Source: a virus. Taken from it: a stretch of DNA of 64,000 nt. Numbering within the stretch: position 1 is the first letter of the stretch; the number at the start of each line of letters is the position of its first letter. Below are positions 9,405-19,500 of the stretch, piece by piece. Below the pieces are notes generated by a model. It was not told the origin of the DNA and did no database searches. It saw only the letters and a program-made list of their open reading frames with translations. A program made the translations under genes and the position numbers. The stretch lies in the IMG/VR virus record IMGVR_UViG_3300045988_183245; one strand, 5' to 3'.

Positions 9405-11151
9405 TTAGAATCCAATGCTTGCAGGAAGAGAACTTCCAACCGCCTGCAAGCGATGCTTTGTATTTTCGTGCATTTCTAAAAATGCAGGAAAAGCTGAATT
9501 AAGGGTTTCCATATTGTACTGCAAGGATTCGATATCTATATGTTCAAGCAGGAAGGCAGAATATAAGTCACGCTGGACTACTTCTCCGCTGTGGAGACGA
9601 GCCATTCGTTCGGAAAGTCTCTTCTTGGTGTAGCTTTCATCAGTATGGTCAAATTGCGAGGCTTTTGTTTCAAAGGTGCTGACTTTGATAACGCTGCCGC
9701 CATAACGATTGGCTTTTTTGTTCAGGATGGAAATAAACATTGCGGGGGCGCAGCGGCTTAGAGACTTTCCGAACCGTTTTTTCGTATGTGCTCTGCCAGT
9801 TTTAGCGTTGATTTTTGTTTCTTTGCTGCGCTTCTGCAAGGCTTTGTAGTTCATATCTTCAACCACAAACTCGTTACCATATGCCAACAATTCGTTGGCG
9901 AGAATGTTGTGCTCCATTTTGCGAATGTCAGCTAACTTACGGTACAGGTTACGAAGCTTTGCACGCAAACGATAATAACTTTTGCTGTATTTCCACTTGC
10001 GCTTTTGTTTTTGTCCATGCTGTCGCTTCAACCCGCTTCAACCTTTTGATTGTACCATCAGAATTATAGTATTTCGGATTCGTAACGCGGCGTGAGCGGT
10101 CCATTGCACGCTGTGTGCGAGCAATCTCATTAGTGAGTCCTCTTGCTTGCGCTCTTGCTGATGGCGCAAGAACTCTCAAATCGCAGATATCTTTACCACT
10201 AATGGCAAGCGTTTGCGTGCCGATATCAAGACCTATGCGCCCTTGATTGACAGGATGCTTCATCACGCCGTTACCGTCGCACTTTGTGGGAGGATAGCCT
10301 TCTAAGATGAATTGTGCATAATACTTCCACTTGGTCTTAACCCACTTACGAGTAATGCGGCAGTATTTCACTCCACATTTGAGAGCTTCCTGCTGATATT
10401 TTCCTGTCTGAGTTTTAGGATTACGCAACACAACAGGAAATTCATGCTTTCCGTACACAATGCGCAGGTTGCCTTTTCCGATAGTGGGTTTTATTTTTGC
10501 GATAGCGGCAGCAATTTCAGCTTCCATTTGTGGTTTTACCTCATCAGGAAGAACGACTTTCTTATCGTCTTTAGGGTCAGGCCGCCCGTACATATCATCG
10601 TATCGCTTTTCGACGGCTTTTTGCGCCTTGTGCTTAGCCGACTCTATATTGTTTGTAGTGAGGTTTGCCGGGCGAAGCACGATACCGGTGAAGTTGTTTT
10701 TTCCGGAGATAGCTGCTAAATCATCTAACCTTTTGTAGTGAACCTCTTTTCCTTTGCTAAAGAAGAAAGTGCTCCATGCTTTCCAAACATCAGAGGCAAC
10801 TGCCTGTGCTATATGGGAGTTTATGGCATAGTGCTTCGCGTACGGCACAACCAACTTATGAAAAGCATCTTCAGAAAAACGATATTCTTTAAGCATCTTT
10901 TCGCGTTGCTTAAAGAGTGCTTTTTGCTCATCGCTGTCGGGAGTTGCTTTTGCAATAGCTGCCATCAACTCACGATACTTGCGCGTCTTGCGCAATTGAT
11001 GCCACATTTTTGTAGTCGCACTCACGAGCTGATTGTAGATGACACCACACTTCTTGAACTCCTTATACAGATAGTCTTGCTCGTTGAGACTTATATCAAG
11101 AGGCAATGTCAATACAAATGATGGCGTGCTATTCTTGCTCCCGAAAGCCAT
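9405..11151 (-). pseudogene. tnpB: tnpB (OrfB-like, RuvC-fold) disrupted by a 10-bp tandem duplication frameshift
   Basis: The two overlapping ORFs (400 aa and 208 aa) are collinear with the intact 579-aa paralog at 35024-36763. The junction contains cgcttcaacc cgcttcaacc (about 10031-10050), which is a +1 shift. The GIDIGTQT and EDMNYKAL motifs are conserved. Confidence 0.7.
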
Positions 11152-11155
11152 AAAG

Positions 11156-11557
11156 TTACCCTCCTCTCTTTTTTTGCTGTTCTACATAGTGTTGAATCGT
11201 AGCGGTAGACACATCTCCGGCGGTGCTTACAAAATAGCTGCGTGTCCACATTTGCATAACCGTGTCAGGAAAAAACTCTTGCTTGAGTATTCTGCCGGTG
11301 GTTCCTTTAATAATTTTCATGATTTCTGCAGCACTTAATGTAGGCGGAGCATTCGCGAAAAGATGACAATAGTCTATATGACATTCCATTGCCAGTATCA
11401 CAATGTCGTTTTGCTCACAAATTTGAGTTACAAGTTCCTTGAAACGAGCTTCAAACCCATCCACCAGAAATAATTTTCTCCGATAGCGTGGGCAAAACAC
11501 AAAGTGATAATTTATCATAGAAACGGTTGTTTTTGTGCGTCTGTAGTTTCTTTTCAT
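11156..11557 (-). CDS. tnpA: IS200/IS605 TnpA (Y1 HUH transposase)
   Basis: 133 aa with NYHFVFCPRYRRK, the HUH-like motif ECHIDYCHLF, and the C-terminal WTRSYFVSTAG tyrosine motif. Confidence 0.8.
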   Translation of the reverse strand: MKRNYRRTKTTVSMINYHFVFCPRYRRKLFLVDGFEARFKELVTQICEQNDIVILAMECHIDYCHLFANAPPTLSAAEIMKIIKGTTGRILKQEFFPDTVMQMWTRSYFVSTAGDVSTATIQHYVEQQKKRGG

Positions 11558-11665
11558 GTATCTATTTTATCACAATTCAGACAATTTTATGTTACAGATA
11601 TATGAACTTTATATCACAACATCGTCACATTACAATTATATTGGCAAATACGAAGAAAACCATTA

Positions 11666-12064
11666 TTGTCGGCCTATCATCCCACGGTTGAAACCGTGGG
11701 CTTTCCCAGCCTTCATTTTGTAAAGACAAAAAGCGTCTTCTCAGAGCAGGCTGACCAAATGCTGTATCAGGTACGGCGCTTCGGGCAAAAAATGGCCGTT
11801 GCCTACAGCATGACCCAGGATAGCAAGACGTCCGGGGAACAAGCCAAGTGCCTAACGTTATTGGAATCCGCAGAACGTATCTTCTATGACCGACTGGATG
11901 ACGCGATTCGCTCGGCTTCAATGTTTGATGAAACGGAATACAAGGCTTTCTGTCTGGTCGGAAGCGGCACGGTCGTCAGCTACCAGTGCCACTCGATGGA
12001 TGAGGCGGTCGATATGGTCGCCGCCTTGTACAATGGCAGAAAAACAGAAGCAGCGCAAGCATAA
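11666..12064 (+). CDS. hypothetical protein (the true start is probably internal, about 11760)
   Basis: The ORF begins inside the IS end hairpin; no motif. Confidence 0.3.
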   Translation: MSAYHPTVETVGFPSLHFVKTKSVFSEQADQMLYQVRRFGQKMAVAYSMTQDSKTSGEQAKCLTLLESAERIFYDRLDDAIRSASMFDETEYKAFCLVGSGTVVSYQCHSMDEAVDMVAALYNGRKTEAAQA

Positions 12065-12154
12065 CCATCCTGCAAAAATATATGCCGTTCATCTTTTTGG
12101 GTGGACGGCTTTTTGTTTTGTGAATACAGCGATTCAGTGGCGAAGCGAGCCGAT

Positions 12155-12210
12155 TTTACCAGCAGTTTGATATTCTGCGGCATGATTTCCAGCCGTTTGA
12201 TACTCTGTGG
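12155..12210 (+). repeat. iteron-like direct repeats TTTACCAG(C/T)A(G/C)TTTGATAYTYTGYGG
   Basis: Two adjacent copies at 12155-12180 and 12187-12210 lie upstream of the helicase-type gene. A third copy is at 18359-18385. Confidence 0.45.
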
Positions 12211-12585
12211 GCAGTTGCACAGCCGTGCAAATTGCATACAATGGGAATTGGAAAACAAAAAGAGCGATGCAAGGCTGTATTTACAAAAAATCCTGTGAGC
12301 GTTTTTTAGTATTCATGAAACGACACGAAATTCAACAAAACGCGAAGAGAATACAAGAAAAGGTGAATGAAATCCGGCTGAGGCGGATAAAACTTGCGCT
12401 GAGTGGTTTGAAGTCCGGACAATGGGACAGCTAAAGTGGTAAAATGAAACTAGGAATACCTAAAATCAGATTTAACCGAAAAAACAAAAACCTTGAATGA
12501 ATAATTGATTGTTAAAAAGTAACCGCTCGCTTTTATACCCAAACCAACAAATGACCCAAATCTGTTTAGGAAGGATAGGCACAAA

Positions 12586-14751
12586 ATGGCAAGAAGGAAA
12601 ACAAACGACTTGGAAAATCAGATGTCGCTCATGGACATGATTGCATCGGAAAGCCCCGAATATACCGAAGAAGGCCCGGAAGAACTCTTGGACCCCGGCG
12701 AGGACATGGGGGACAGTGAAGGGCAGACGGATAAGCCCTTCAAACTCGTGGCGAACAAGACCACGAAGGCAAAGGTGAGCATCTCCACGCAGGCGCTGAA
12801 TGTTGTGAAGGCGGTATATGCTGATACGGTCGAAACGAATTGGGAAGAGTTGTTTGACGGGTTCGACAGACTCTATGCTATCACTTTTTCGTCCGGTATC
12901 GAGTTCGTGAATAAGGTCATCAACAAGTTCTCGTATGCGGAAGTCGTGTTCGGCTGCGAGAAAATCATCGCCAACGACATCGCTGCCATCATGTCGGTGC
13001 AAATCGACAGCGTGCAGCGGCTCGCTAAGTCTAAGTCGGCAGGGAACCTTGCGAACCGCCTCGATGACGGGTCCTTGCAGCTGTATGTATCGCGGGACAC
13101 GAAATCGCACGAGAAAATCTTTATCTTGGAGAGCGCTGACCATAAGCGTGTCCGAGTCATCACCGGCAGTGCGAATATGTCGGCATCGGCGTTTTGCGGC
13201 ATTCAGCGAGAGAATATCGTCTGCTTCGATGACGAGGCGGCATTTTCGCATTACAAGGTTCTGTTCGAGACCTTCAAGGAGACCTGCTCCGACAATGTCT
13301 CCTATAAGGCAGTCGTGAACACCATGAACCAGGAAGATTATCTGAAAGAGAACATCAAAGAAGTGCCCGTCTTTCAGTCTATTGAAAAGCAGAAGCTTGT
13401 CTTTCTGGAACAGGCACAGCCTGAGGATGAGGTCGAATACGAGATAGTTGCCGATGTCAAGAAAATGCAGGAACTCGTCAAGCCAATCATGCCTAAGATG
13501 CCGGTACAGGCGAATCGTATTGTAGTGGCAGCGGAACCGATGCGCGTTTTCGGGAAACGATATACCGAGGTGCGGCGTGTGGCAGCTGAGGCAGTTAAGC
13601 AGCTCCCGAAATTACATATCGACTATGATGCCGGGACCATGACCTTCAACGACGAGAATATCGACCTCAATCCGAATCTCAGCGAGGTGGCAAAGAACAT
13701 CGAGAGCATCCAGAAGTTCTTCTCAGGCATGGACTACTTTTACGGCGATGTCGAACAGGCCAAGAAGGACTACTTCAAGTACATGACCTGGTATCTGGCT
13801 ACCCCGTTCATGGCGTACCTTCGGTATTTTGCGTCAAGGAACAACTACGATACGAAGCTGTTCCCGATGTACGGCGTAATTTACGGTGACTCAAACGGCG
13901 GCAAGACGACCTTTATAAAATTTCTTGTCAAACTCATGTGCGGTGAGACCGTTAAGATGAACACGACGGAGGATTTCACAGCCACAAGAATCGACGGCCT
14001 CAAACGAGTTTGTGAGGGGCTGCCGCTGAACATCGACGACCTCGCCAAGACCCAGTTTCAGAACCATTCAGAACGGGTAATCAAGAACGATGAATGGGGT
14101 ATCTCGGACAGGCTCGTGAACTATCCTGCTGTATCTATCACATCGAATAAAATTACCTCGCTGACAAAAGACCTCTCGAAACGTGCTATCATCTGTCGAA
14201 TTGGTGCTAAAATCGACAACGAGCGCGGTGCCAAGAACTCGAAGCGTGTGAATGAGAGTATGTCGGAGCTGACAACCGCGTTCTATGGCGAATATGTCCG
14301 CCGAATGCTTGTTTGCATCGATGAGATGACGACGGAAATGCGTGAAAATGCGAATGGCAAGGAATACTTCCCGGATATCTTCCACGCTTCGTCTAGTGTC
14401 ATTGCAGATATCTTCGAGGCATGCGGAATCGATTTGCCGGACTATGTGCGTATCCTGTACTATAACGACTATATGGGTGATGAGAGCATTGGTCGTGCTG
14501 CAATTGAGAAAATCAAACTGGCATGGCAGGCTGACCCGAGCAAGTTCCGGGTTGATAAGAAGCAGAACAGGCTCATTTACTCCTATCCGCCGGATGGACC
14601 GTGGTACGAACTGAAATACATTGCAGATGAGCTGCCGAACTCCCTCGAAGCAGAGATTTCTGGCGGCAACCAGCTTATCATGAACTACGAGCAGGCACAG
14701 GAATTGTTCGGCATCAAGTTTCGGCGCTGGCTGGGCATCTTTAACCTCTAA
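12586..14751 (+). CDS. PLD-like (atypical HKD-like motif) domain fused to an SF3 / D5-type helicase NTPase
   Basis: N-terminal HEKIFILESADHKRVRVITGSANMS is an HxK...GSxN PLD-like signature with atypical spacing. The C-terminal half has Walker A YGDSNGGKTTF, Walker B LNIDD and motif C ITSNK, matching D5/P4-alpha-type SF3 helicases. Confidence 0.6.
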   Translation: MARRKTNDLENQMSLMDMIASESPEYTEEGPEELLDPGEDMGDSEGQTDKPFKLVANKTTKAKVSISTQALNVVKAVYADTVETNWEELFDGFDRLYAITFSSGIEFVNKVINKFSYAEVVFGCEKIIANDIAAIMSVQIDSVQRLAKSKSAGNLANRLDDGSLQLYVSRDTKSHEKIFILESADHKRVRVITGSANMSASAFCGIQRENIVCFDDEAAFSHYKVLFETFKETCSDNVSYKAVVNTMNQEDYLKENIKEVPVFQSIEKQKLVFLEQAQPEDEVEYEIVADVKKMQELVKPIMPKMPVQANRIVVAAEPMRVFGKRYTEVRRVAAEAVKQLPKLHIDYDAGTMTFNDENIDLNPNLSEVAKNIESIQKFFSGMDYFYGDVEQAKKDYFKYMTWYLATPFMAYLRYFASRNNYDTKLFPMYGVIYGDSNGGKTTFIKFLVKLMCGETVKMNTTEDFTATRIDGLKRVCEGLPLNIDDLAKTQFQNHSERVIKNDEWGISDRLVNYPAVSITSNKITSLTKDLSKRAIICRIGAKIDNERGAKNSKRVNESMSELTTAFYGEYVRRMLVCIDEMTTEMRENANGKEYFPDIFHASSSVIADIFEACGIDLPDYVRILYYNDYMGDESIGRAAIEKIKLAWQADPSKFRVDKKQNRLIYSYPPDGPWYELKYIADELPNSLEAEISGGNQLIMNYEQAQELFGIKFRRWLGIFNL

Positions 14752-14811
14752 TATGCATGGCAGGTTCTTTTCGGAGCCTGCCTTCTTATTTCGCAAAAAT
14801 AGTTGCCCATT

Positions 14812-14830
14812 TGTGCGAATTGCAGACAAT
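14812..14830 (+). promoter_or_regulatory. representative copy of the recurrent 19-bp promoter-like motif TGTGCGAATTGCAGACAAT
   Basis: At least 13 copies in the window at 6901, 8788, 12222, 14812, 16022, 19156, 22259, 32484, 39664, 43737, 56321, 58944 and 61793. All are on the + strand, intergenic, and 20-150 bp upstream of + strand genes. The 3' end resembles a -10 box ((G/T)A(C/T)AAT). Confidence 0.55.
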
Positions 14831-14913
14831 CAGAAATAAAGCGTAAAGCAAAGGAGCTGAGTACCATCTCAAAATTTGCAAGCAAAAAGTTGATTGAGCG
14901 AAATTGCAATATC

Positions 14914-15357
14914 ATGAAAGACTACGGCAACGGCTATTCCATTGAGGAGCTTGCCGCAAAATACAGGTTGAGCGTCCGTACATGCTATCGAGCGTTAGAC
15001 GACGCGAAACAGGAGGCCAGAATTCAGTTGGCGCAGGTAGAGGATGCTAGAAAGGCCGAAATTCTTGCGGCATACAAGAACAGTGTCCCTCTCAAGGAAA
15101 TGATTGCGAAATTTAACGTGGCAGAAGGATATTGCAGCATGGTTGCCAACGATGCGGGCCTGACTGAAAACCGTAGAAATGAGCGCATCAAAATTCGGCA
15201 AAAACCCCGCAATGAGAATATCTTTCGAGAATACGAGAGTGGCGTGCCGGTGCAGAAACTATCCGAAAAATATCAGCTCTCGGTTCCGGGCATTTACAAA
15301 GTGATTCAAAGAGTCAGAAAGCAGAAGGAGGCGATGGAGTTTTGCAATGGATTGTGA
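14914..15357 (+). CDS. tandem helix-turn-helix repeat protein (three HTH units)
   Basis: Repeats of the pattern Y..G.S..ELA.KY.LS..T.YR. Start reassigned to the ATG at 14914, because the 19-bp promoter motif lies at 14812-14830 inside the longer ORF. Confidence 0.6.
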   Translation: MKDYGNGYSIEELAAKYRLSVRTCYRALDDAKQEARIQLAQVEDARKAEILAAYKNSVPLKEMIAKFNVAEGYCSMVANDAGLTENRRNERIKIRQKPRNENIFREYESGVPVQKLSEKYQLSVPGIYKVIQRVRKQKEAMEFCNGL

Positions 15358-15980
15358 AGCAAACCAAATCGAAAGGATATGAGTTCACCTTCGATATCGT
15401 GAAAGGCAAGGCCGTTATCGGGCAGGCACACTATATCCCGAAATTGCTACGGCAGGGTTATGGCATCCGGCTGAATGATTCCAAGTTCCTGCTGCAATAC
15501 ATGCCAGCTGCTGACGCAAGGGCGTACATGCGCGGCATCAACACGAAAGATATTCTGAGACACCCTTTTGCTATCCGTGAGAACAACTGCACGGTAGGCG
15601 AAATTTCCGTCATCCATACAAAAACCGGATTCCTCCAAGGATACAATTCTATCGCCATGCAGCTGTATGGCGAGGAATACCAGAGCTACAAAATTGGCTT
15701 TGGAAAAGAAGGAGTATGCTGCCCTGTATTCCTTTGCGGACAGCAAATCGCCCAAATCAATAAGAGCGCGGTGGTCAAGGATAATCTGGATGAATACCTG
15801 ATTTACGCAGTGAATGAAAAGGCACTGATGCCGTCCGTCATGTTCGCCATTTATATTGATGGAATATACTACGCAAACCGAGGCATGTATGTGGATGACG
15901 CAACGACTATCAACTGCGAATACAGCTTGAACGAGGAAGTCCTGTCCCACTACGACCCGAATTTTGTCAAAGGACTATGA
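15342..15980 (+). CDS. hypothetical protein (212 aa)
   Basis: ORF only. Confidence 0.45.
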   Translation: MQWIVKQTKSKGYEFTFDIVKGKAVIGQAHYIPKLLRQGYGIRLNDSKFLLQYMPAADARAYMRGINTKDILRHPFAIRENNCTVGEISVIHTKTGFLQGYNSIAMQLYGEEYQSYKIGFGKEGVCCPVFLCGQQIAQINKSAVVKDNLDEYLIYAVNEKALMPSVMFAIYIDGIYYANRGMYVDDATTINCEYSLNEEVLSHYDPNFVKGL

Positions 15981-16080
15981 CTCCGATAACTGGTATTCAC
16001 AGACAATATCATGTTGCGAAACTGTGCGAATTGCAGACAATTAAAAGTGAATGAATTACAAAAGCTACAGAGGATAAACA

Positions 16081-16677
16081 ATGAGCTATGAACCCATTAT
16101 CACACCGGGCAGGAATTTCTTTCTTGTCTCGACGGAGTACAAAGAGAGCTGCTCTGCCTGGTGCCGCAAGCAAATTAGAGCGACACTGAGGACCTGTCAG
16201 GGACGAGTCATCATCATTGATGCAACGGGCGAGTACGCGGACTTGGCGCTTGAACATGACAGATTGATTCGAGAAAAAATCCCGTCCATCATTTATCGGT
16301 ATAAGCTGGTGGACGGGAAACCGTATATTGCTCATGTCATTGAAGTTGATACGGAAGCAAATGAAGCACCGCACCTGATTGTATACGATATCAGCCGGAC
16401 CATAATCACCAGCTGGAAGGTCGGCGTGGAGGCAATTGATAAAATCCTGCAATCCTATGCCGTGATGCAGGACAGTGAAATCGCGTGGCTGTATGTTCCG
16501 CTGGACTTATATACCAATGTCAAGCCCGAAAGCGAATCCTGGAACATTTTGGAACGAACCATCAAGGGCAATGAAGGAAAGCTCATGACAGTACTGACGA
16601 CTCGCAAATTCACCATTGGGATGGTCCAGCGCTGTTTGCATATGACAAAAAATAAACTTTTGGAGGATAGCAAATGA
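16081..16677 (+). CDS. hypothetical protein (198 aa)
   Basis: ORF with the promoter motif at 16022-16040 and RBS aggataaacaATG. Confidence 0.5.
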   Translation: MSYEPIITPGRNFFLVSTEYKESCSAWCRKQIRATLRTCQGRVIIIDATGEYADLALEHDRLIREKIPSIIYRYKLVDGKPYIAHVIEVDTEANEAPHLIVYDISRTIITSWKVGVEAIDKILQSYAVMQDSEIAWLYVPLDLYTNVKPESESWNILERTIKGNEGKLMTVLTTRKFTIGMVQRCLHMTKNKLLEDSK

Positions 16678-17561
16678 CCAATGAACAGCTGAGAATCGCA
16701 TTGACAGCGAATGCCGTTACCAAACAGACCCGTAACCATTTTGGGTTCAGTGACCCGTGTGGGAAGACTCTGGAAGAGTACAACAAATCTTCAACGCTTT
16801 GCTGTGTGACGGCAGCGCAGAAAATGAACACGCCGGGTTTCGAGCGTGTCCTTGCTGCACAGATTTTCCCCTGCTTCACCATCGGCTGCTGGAACCAGAC
16901 GAAGACGGTCTATGATTTTGACTACGAGTTCCAGAAAATTCTTATGGATACGGATGACATGGCGATTCATCAGGATATCCTGCAGCGGCTTCCGATTCGT
17001 GATTTCTTTATCCCGGTGTATGACAGCTACGACTACAACGGTATGTTCGTGCATGTGGAATTCGAAGAGAAAGAGAAGACCACTGCTTTCGGCATCGTTC
17101 TTGTCGGCCCGGCCAAAGGCAGCCATGATGATTTCACGTTCCTGACTCTGCCTGCCTGGGCCAAAGAAAACCAGAGTTTGACGGAAGCAACTCGGAGCAC
17201 GAAAGAATACCTGGAAAAGGCAGCCGGGCAGCGGCAGGTAAATGGTATCAGCGTACCGGCTGTGATGGAAGCAGTTCCTTCGGTCTTTGACGGCGGCACA
17301 CCTTATGTTCGCCTGGCAATCCTGTGTGCCTACTATCTTGCCAGTAAGAACCCTGATGTCCGCTTGGAAACTTCCAAAAAGCGTGACCGCCCGGTATTCG
17401 TGTTTCAGGGAAAGGCACAGCGAATCAACGTCAAGACATATACCGTTGGTGAGAATGCGGCCAAAGAATACAAGAAGAACGGGGAAGGCAAAACTCCCCG
17501 CTGGCGGCATTACTGGTGCGACAATGGCCGGGAACGCCGGGAATGCAAGTTTATTTACTGA
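16674..17561 (+). CDS. hypothetical protein, paralog of 57298-58374
   Basis: Shares AYYLASKN...KRDRPVFV...INVKTYTVG...RWRHYWCDNGR with the second copy (AYYLASKN...RTYNVG...HWHHYWVGEGR). Confidence 0.55.
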   Translation: MTNEQLRIALTANAVTKQTRNHFGFSDPCGKTLEEYNKSSTLCCVTAAQKMNTPGFERVLAAQIFPCFTIGCWNQTKTVYDFDYEFQKILMDTDDMAIHQDILQRLPIRDFFIPVYDSYDYNGMFVHVEFEEKEKTTAFGIVLVGPAKGSHDDFTFLTLPAWAKENQSLTEATRSTKEYLEKAAGQRQVNGISVPAVMEAVPSVFDGGTPYVRLAILCAYYLASKNPDVRLETSKKRDRPVFVFQGKAQRINVKTYTVGENAAKEYKKNGEGKTPRWRHYWCDNGRERRECKFIY

Positions 17562-17579
17562 TGGCGGTGAGGGTGAATC

Positions 17580-18287
17580 ATGGCTCCCCATACTTATCAG
17601 GACCCGATTGGGTTCTATGAATGGTTCGATGACCTTCCTTATGCTATCCAGGATAGTATTCTGAAACACCTGCCGCATATGGAAGGCGAGGAATGGCTCA
17701 TTGTCATTATCCTTGCAGCTCTTCTTCTGATGATTCTGGTTTCAGCGTATCTGTGCTATGCAAGGCATAATGTCAGAAAGACGAGTGAACGACTCAACGC
17801 TTTGAAAGAGCTGAACAACACGACTGAATTCATGCCGGTCGAGGCGCAGTACCGCTACTATCTACGTTCTGATACGAAGCTGGAATACGAGGAGTTCTCG
17901 CTCCCGAAATTCTTCCGCCGCGAAGTGAGAGAAAACTTTAAGCTGTTCAACACTCTTCTTGGCAATGCTCGGGCAAACACGGTATTGTATGAAACATACG
18001 GCCGCGAAATCCAGGAACTCCCGGATTGGACAGAATCGGATGACGATTGCGGGCGGCATATCCCGTTCTTTCTCTACCACAACATCGAGAAAGAGTTGTA
18101 CGATGAAACTGTCCTGGACTGCCCTGTAACGAGCCCTGAGTTTGTCTGTACGAAAAGCTATCTGCCCAAAGATGCCAAAGAGCCGATTGAGACGGAAGAA
18201 ACCTATACGCTGGAAGAGCTCGAAGAGTACATACGCCGCTTGAAGGTTGCAGCCGATGTCAAGAAGAACAGCCAGAACGCAGGCTGA
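17580..18287 (+). CDS. membrane protein (235 aa)
   Basis: One strong TM helix (IVIILAALLLMILVSAYL); otherwise unassigned. Confidence 0.5.
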   Translation: MAPHTYQDPIGFYEWFDDLPYAIQDSILKHLPHMEGEEWLIVIILAALLLMILVSAYLCYARHNVRKTSERLNALKELNNTTEFMPVEAQYRYYLRSDTKLEYEEFSLPKFFRREVRENFKLFNTLLGNARANTVLYETYGREIQELPDWTESDDDCGRHIPFFLYHNIEKELYDETVLDCPVTSPEFVCTKSYLPKDAKEPIETEETYTLEELEEYIRRLKVAADVKKNSQNAG

Positions 18288-18480
18288 AAAAAGTCAGCAG
18301 CCATAAGCAAGAGGCAGGGCCCTGTGTTTCATGGTTCCAGAACGTCTTCCCACCTTAATTTTACCAGTACTTTGATATTTTGTGGCCATTGACAAACGGC
18401 GCAAAAGGTGCTTGGGTTAAAAGCCCTTGCAAAAAGTGCGATATCCATATAATAAAAAATCCAAAAGGGAGATACACATT

Positions 18481-19089
18481 ATGAGTGAACAGAAAGAAAA
18501 TGCTCAGCTCGAAGCTTATCGGAAGCTCGTTGAAGATTTCAAGCACTTTGTCAGCTCTGAGATTCGGACGGAGGAAAACAGTTACCGAATTGTGGACATG
18601 ACTTCCGAAGATGCCGAAATCGATGACCCGAGCGTTCCGGTGACTCAACTGGAGGACGAAAAAGCAGAGAAGCTTGCCGGTATTTGCATGGACCTGTCCA
18701 ATGCCACGCTGTGGCTCTACTACAACCGTGACAAATTTGCAAACGTCGAGTTTATGCCCCTGACTGATGAAACTCTGAAAGAATACCAGAAGCAGGCTCA
18801 GAATACTCTGAATGAACCGAAGAGCCCTCTGTATCTGAAATCCTGGTATCAGCTCATTGAAATGTTGAGTCAGGAATGTATCCCGCAGCGCTACGAGGAC
18901 GACGGTCAGCGATATACAGACGTCTATGTGAACACCTATATGCTCATGTACCTGACCATGACCCGACTCAAGAACGGCGGAACCTTTACACGCCTTGCAA
19001 ACGGGCAGGGAAGCGATGCTGTAAAAATCACGACCATCGCAATGTACTACTTCTCCAGCCTTTTGACGGTTCTCTGCACTGAATATTAA
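18481..19089 (+). CDS. hypothetical protein (about 203 aa)
   Basis: RBS aaaagggag upstream of the internal ATG. The antisense ORF 18361-19191 is rejected. Confidence 0.5.
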   Translation: MSEQKENAQLEAYRKLVEDFKHFVSSEIRTEENSYRIVDMTSEDAEIDDPSVPVTQLEDEKAEKLAGICMDLSNATLWLYYNRDKFANVEFMPLTDETLKEYQKQAQNTLNEPKSPLYLKSWYQLIEMLSQECIPQRYEDDGQRYTDVYVNTYMLMYLTMTRLKNGGTFTRLANGQGSDAVKITTIAMYYFSSLLTVLCTEY

Positions 19090-19262
19090 GAAATTTTTTC
19101 CCGTGTGAGCAGCGACGCTCATGCGGGAATTTTTTTGTAATTTTCTATTGTCAATCTGTGCGAATTGCGTACAATGAAAAATATAAACCAAAAATATATC
19201 TTATCGTTGTCCCGCATGAGTTGTTTGTGCGGGACTTTTTGTTTGCGGAAAGGAAATGCACT

Positions 19263-19460
19263 ATGTACGGTTTATCAGAAGAAAGCTTAACGATTGTTGG
19301 TGTTATTTTGATTGTGGTTGGTGTCGCTATGATTGGTTGGGGATTTGAATGGAATCAGGACATTACCAATGATAAACGGGTCGGAACCGTTGTCAGAGAC
19401 ATTGGCATTATGGTTTTGGCAACCGGCATTATATTTGTGATGCAGCGGGCAATGAACTAA
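19263..19460 (+). CDS. small two-TM membrane protein (65 aa)
   Basis: RBS aaagga; hydrophobic helices IVGVILIVVGVAMIGW and IMVLATGIIFV. The 19-bp promoter motif is upstream at 19156-19174. Confidence 0.5.
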   Translation: MYGLSEESLTIVGVILIVVGVAMIGWGFEWNQDITNDKRVGTVVRDIGIMVLATGIIFVMQRAMN

Positions 19461-19466
19461 ATTGAG

Positions 19467-19500
19467 AAAAAGTAAGGCAGGCTCATTTCGGGCCTGCTTG
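19467..19500 (+). terminator. rho-independent terminator
   Basis: gcaggc-tcatttcgg-gcctgc followed by TTGTTTTTT. Confidence 0.6.

Larger units (their letters stand above)
9148..11705 (-). mobile_element. IS200/IS605-family insertion sequence (IS605-type: tnpA plus a frameshifted tnpB)
   Basis: tnpA and tnpB lie in the same orientation. They are flanked by the palindromes cccacggttgaaaccgtggg (11681-11700, LE side) and cccacgattgaaatcgtggg (9155-9174, RE side). Confidence 0.75.

Noticed and set aside
12472-14829. Minus-strand ORFs 12472-13251, 12873-13202 and 14068-14829
   Set aside because: All lie antisense inside the 721-aa PLD/SF3 helicase gene.
16791-17678. 295-aa minus-strand ORF and other overlapping short ORFs
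   Set aside because: Antisense to 16674-17561, whose paralog elsewhere confirms the + strand frame.
18361-19191. 276-aa minus-strand ORF
   Set aside because: Antisense to the + strand gene 18481-19089, which has an RBS; no support.
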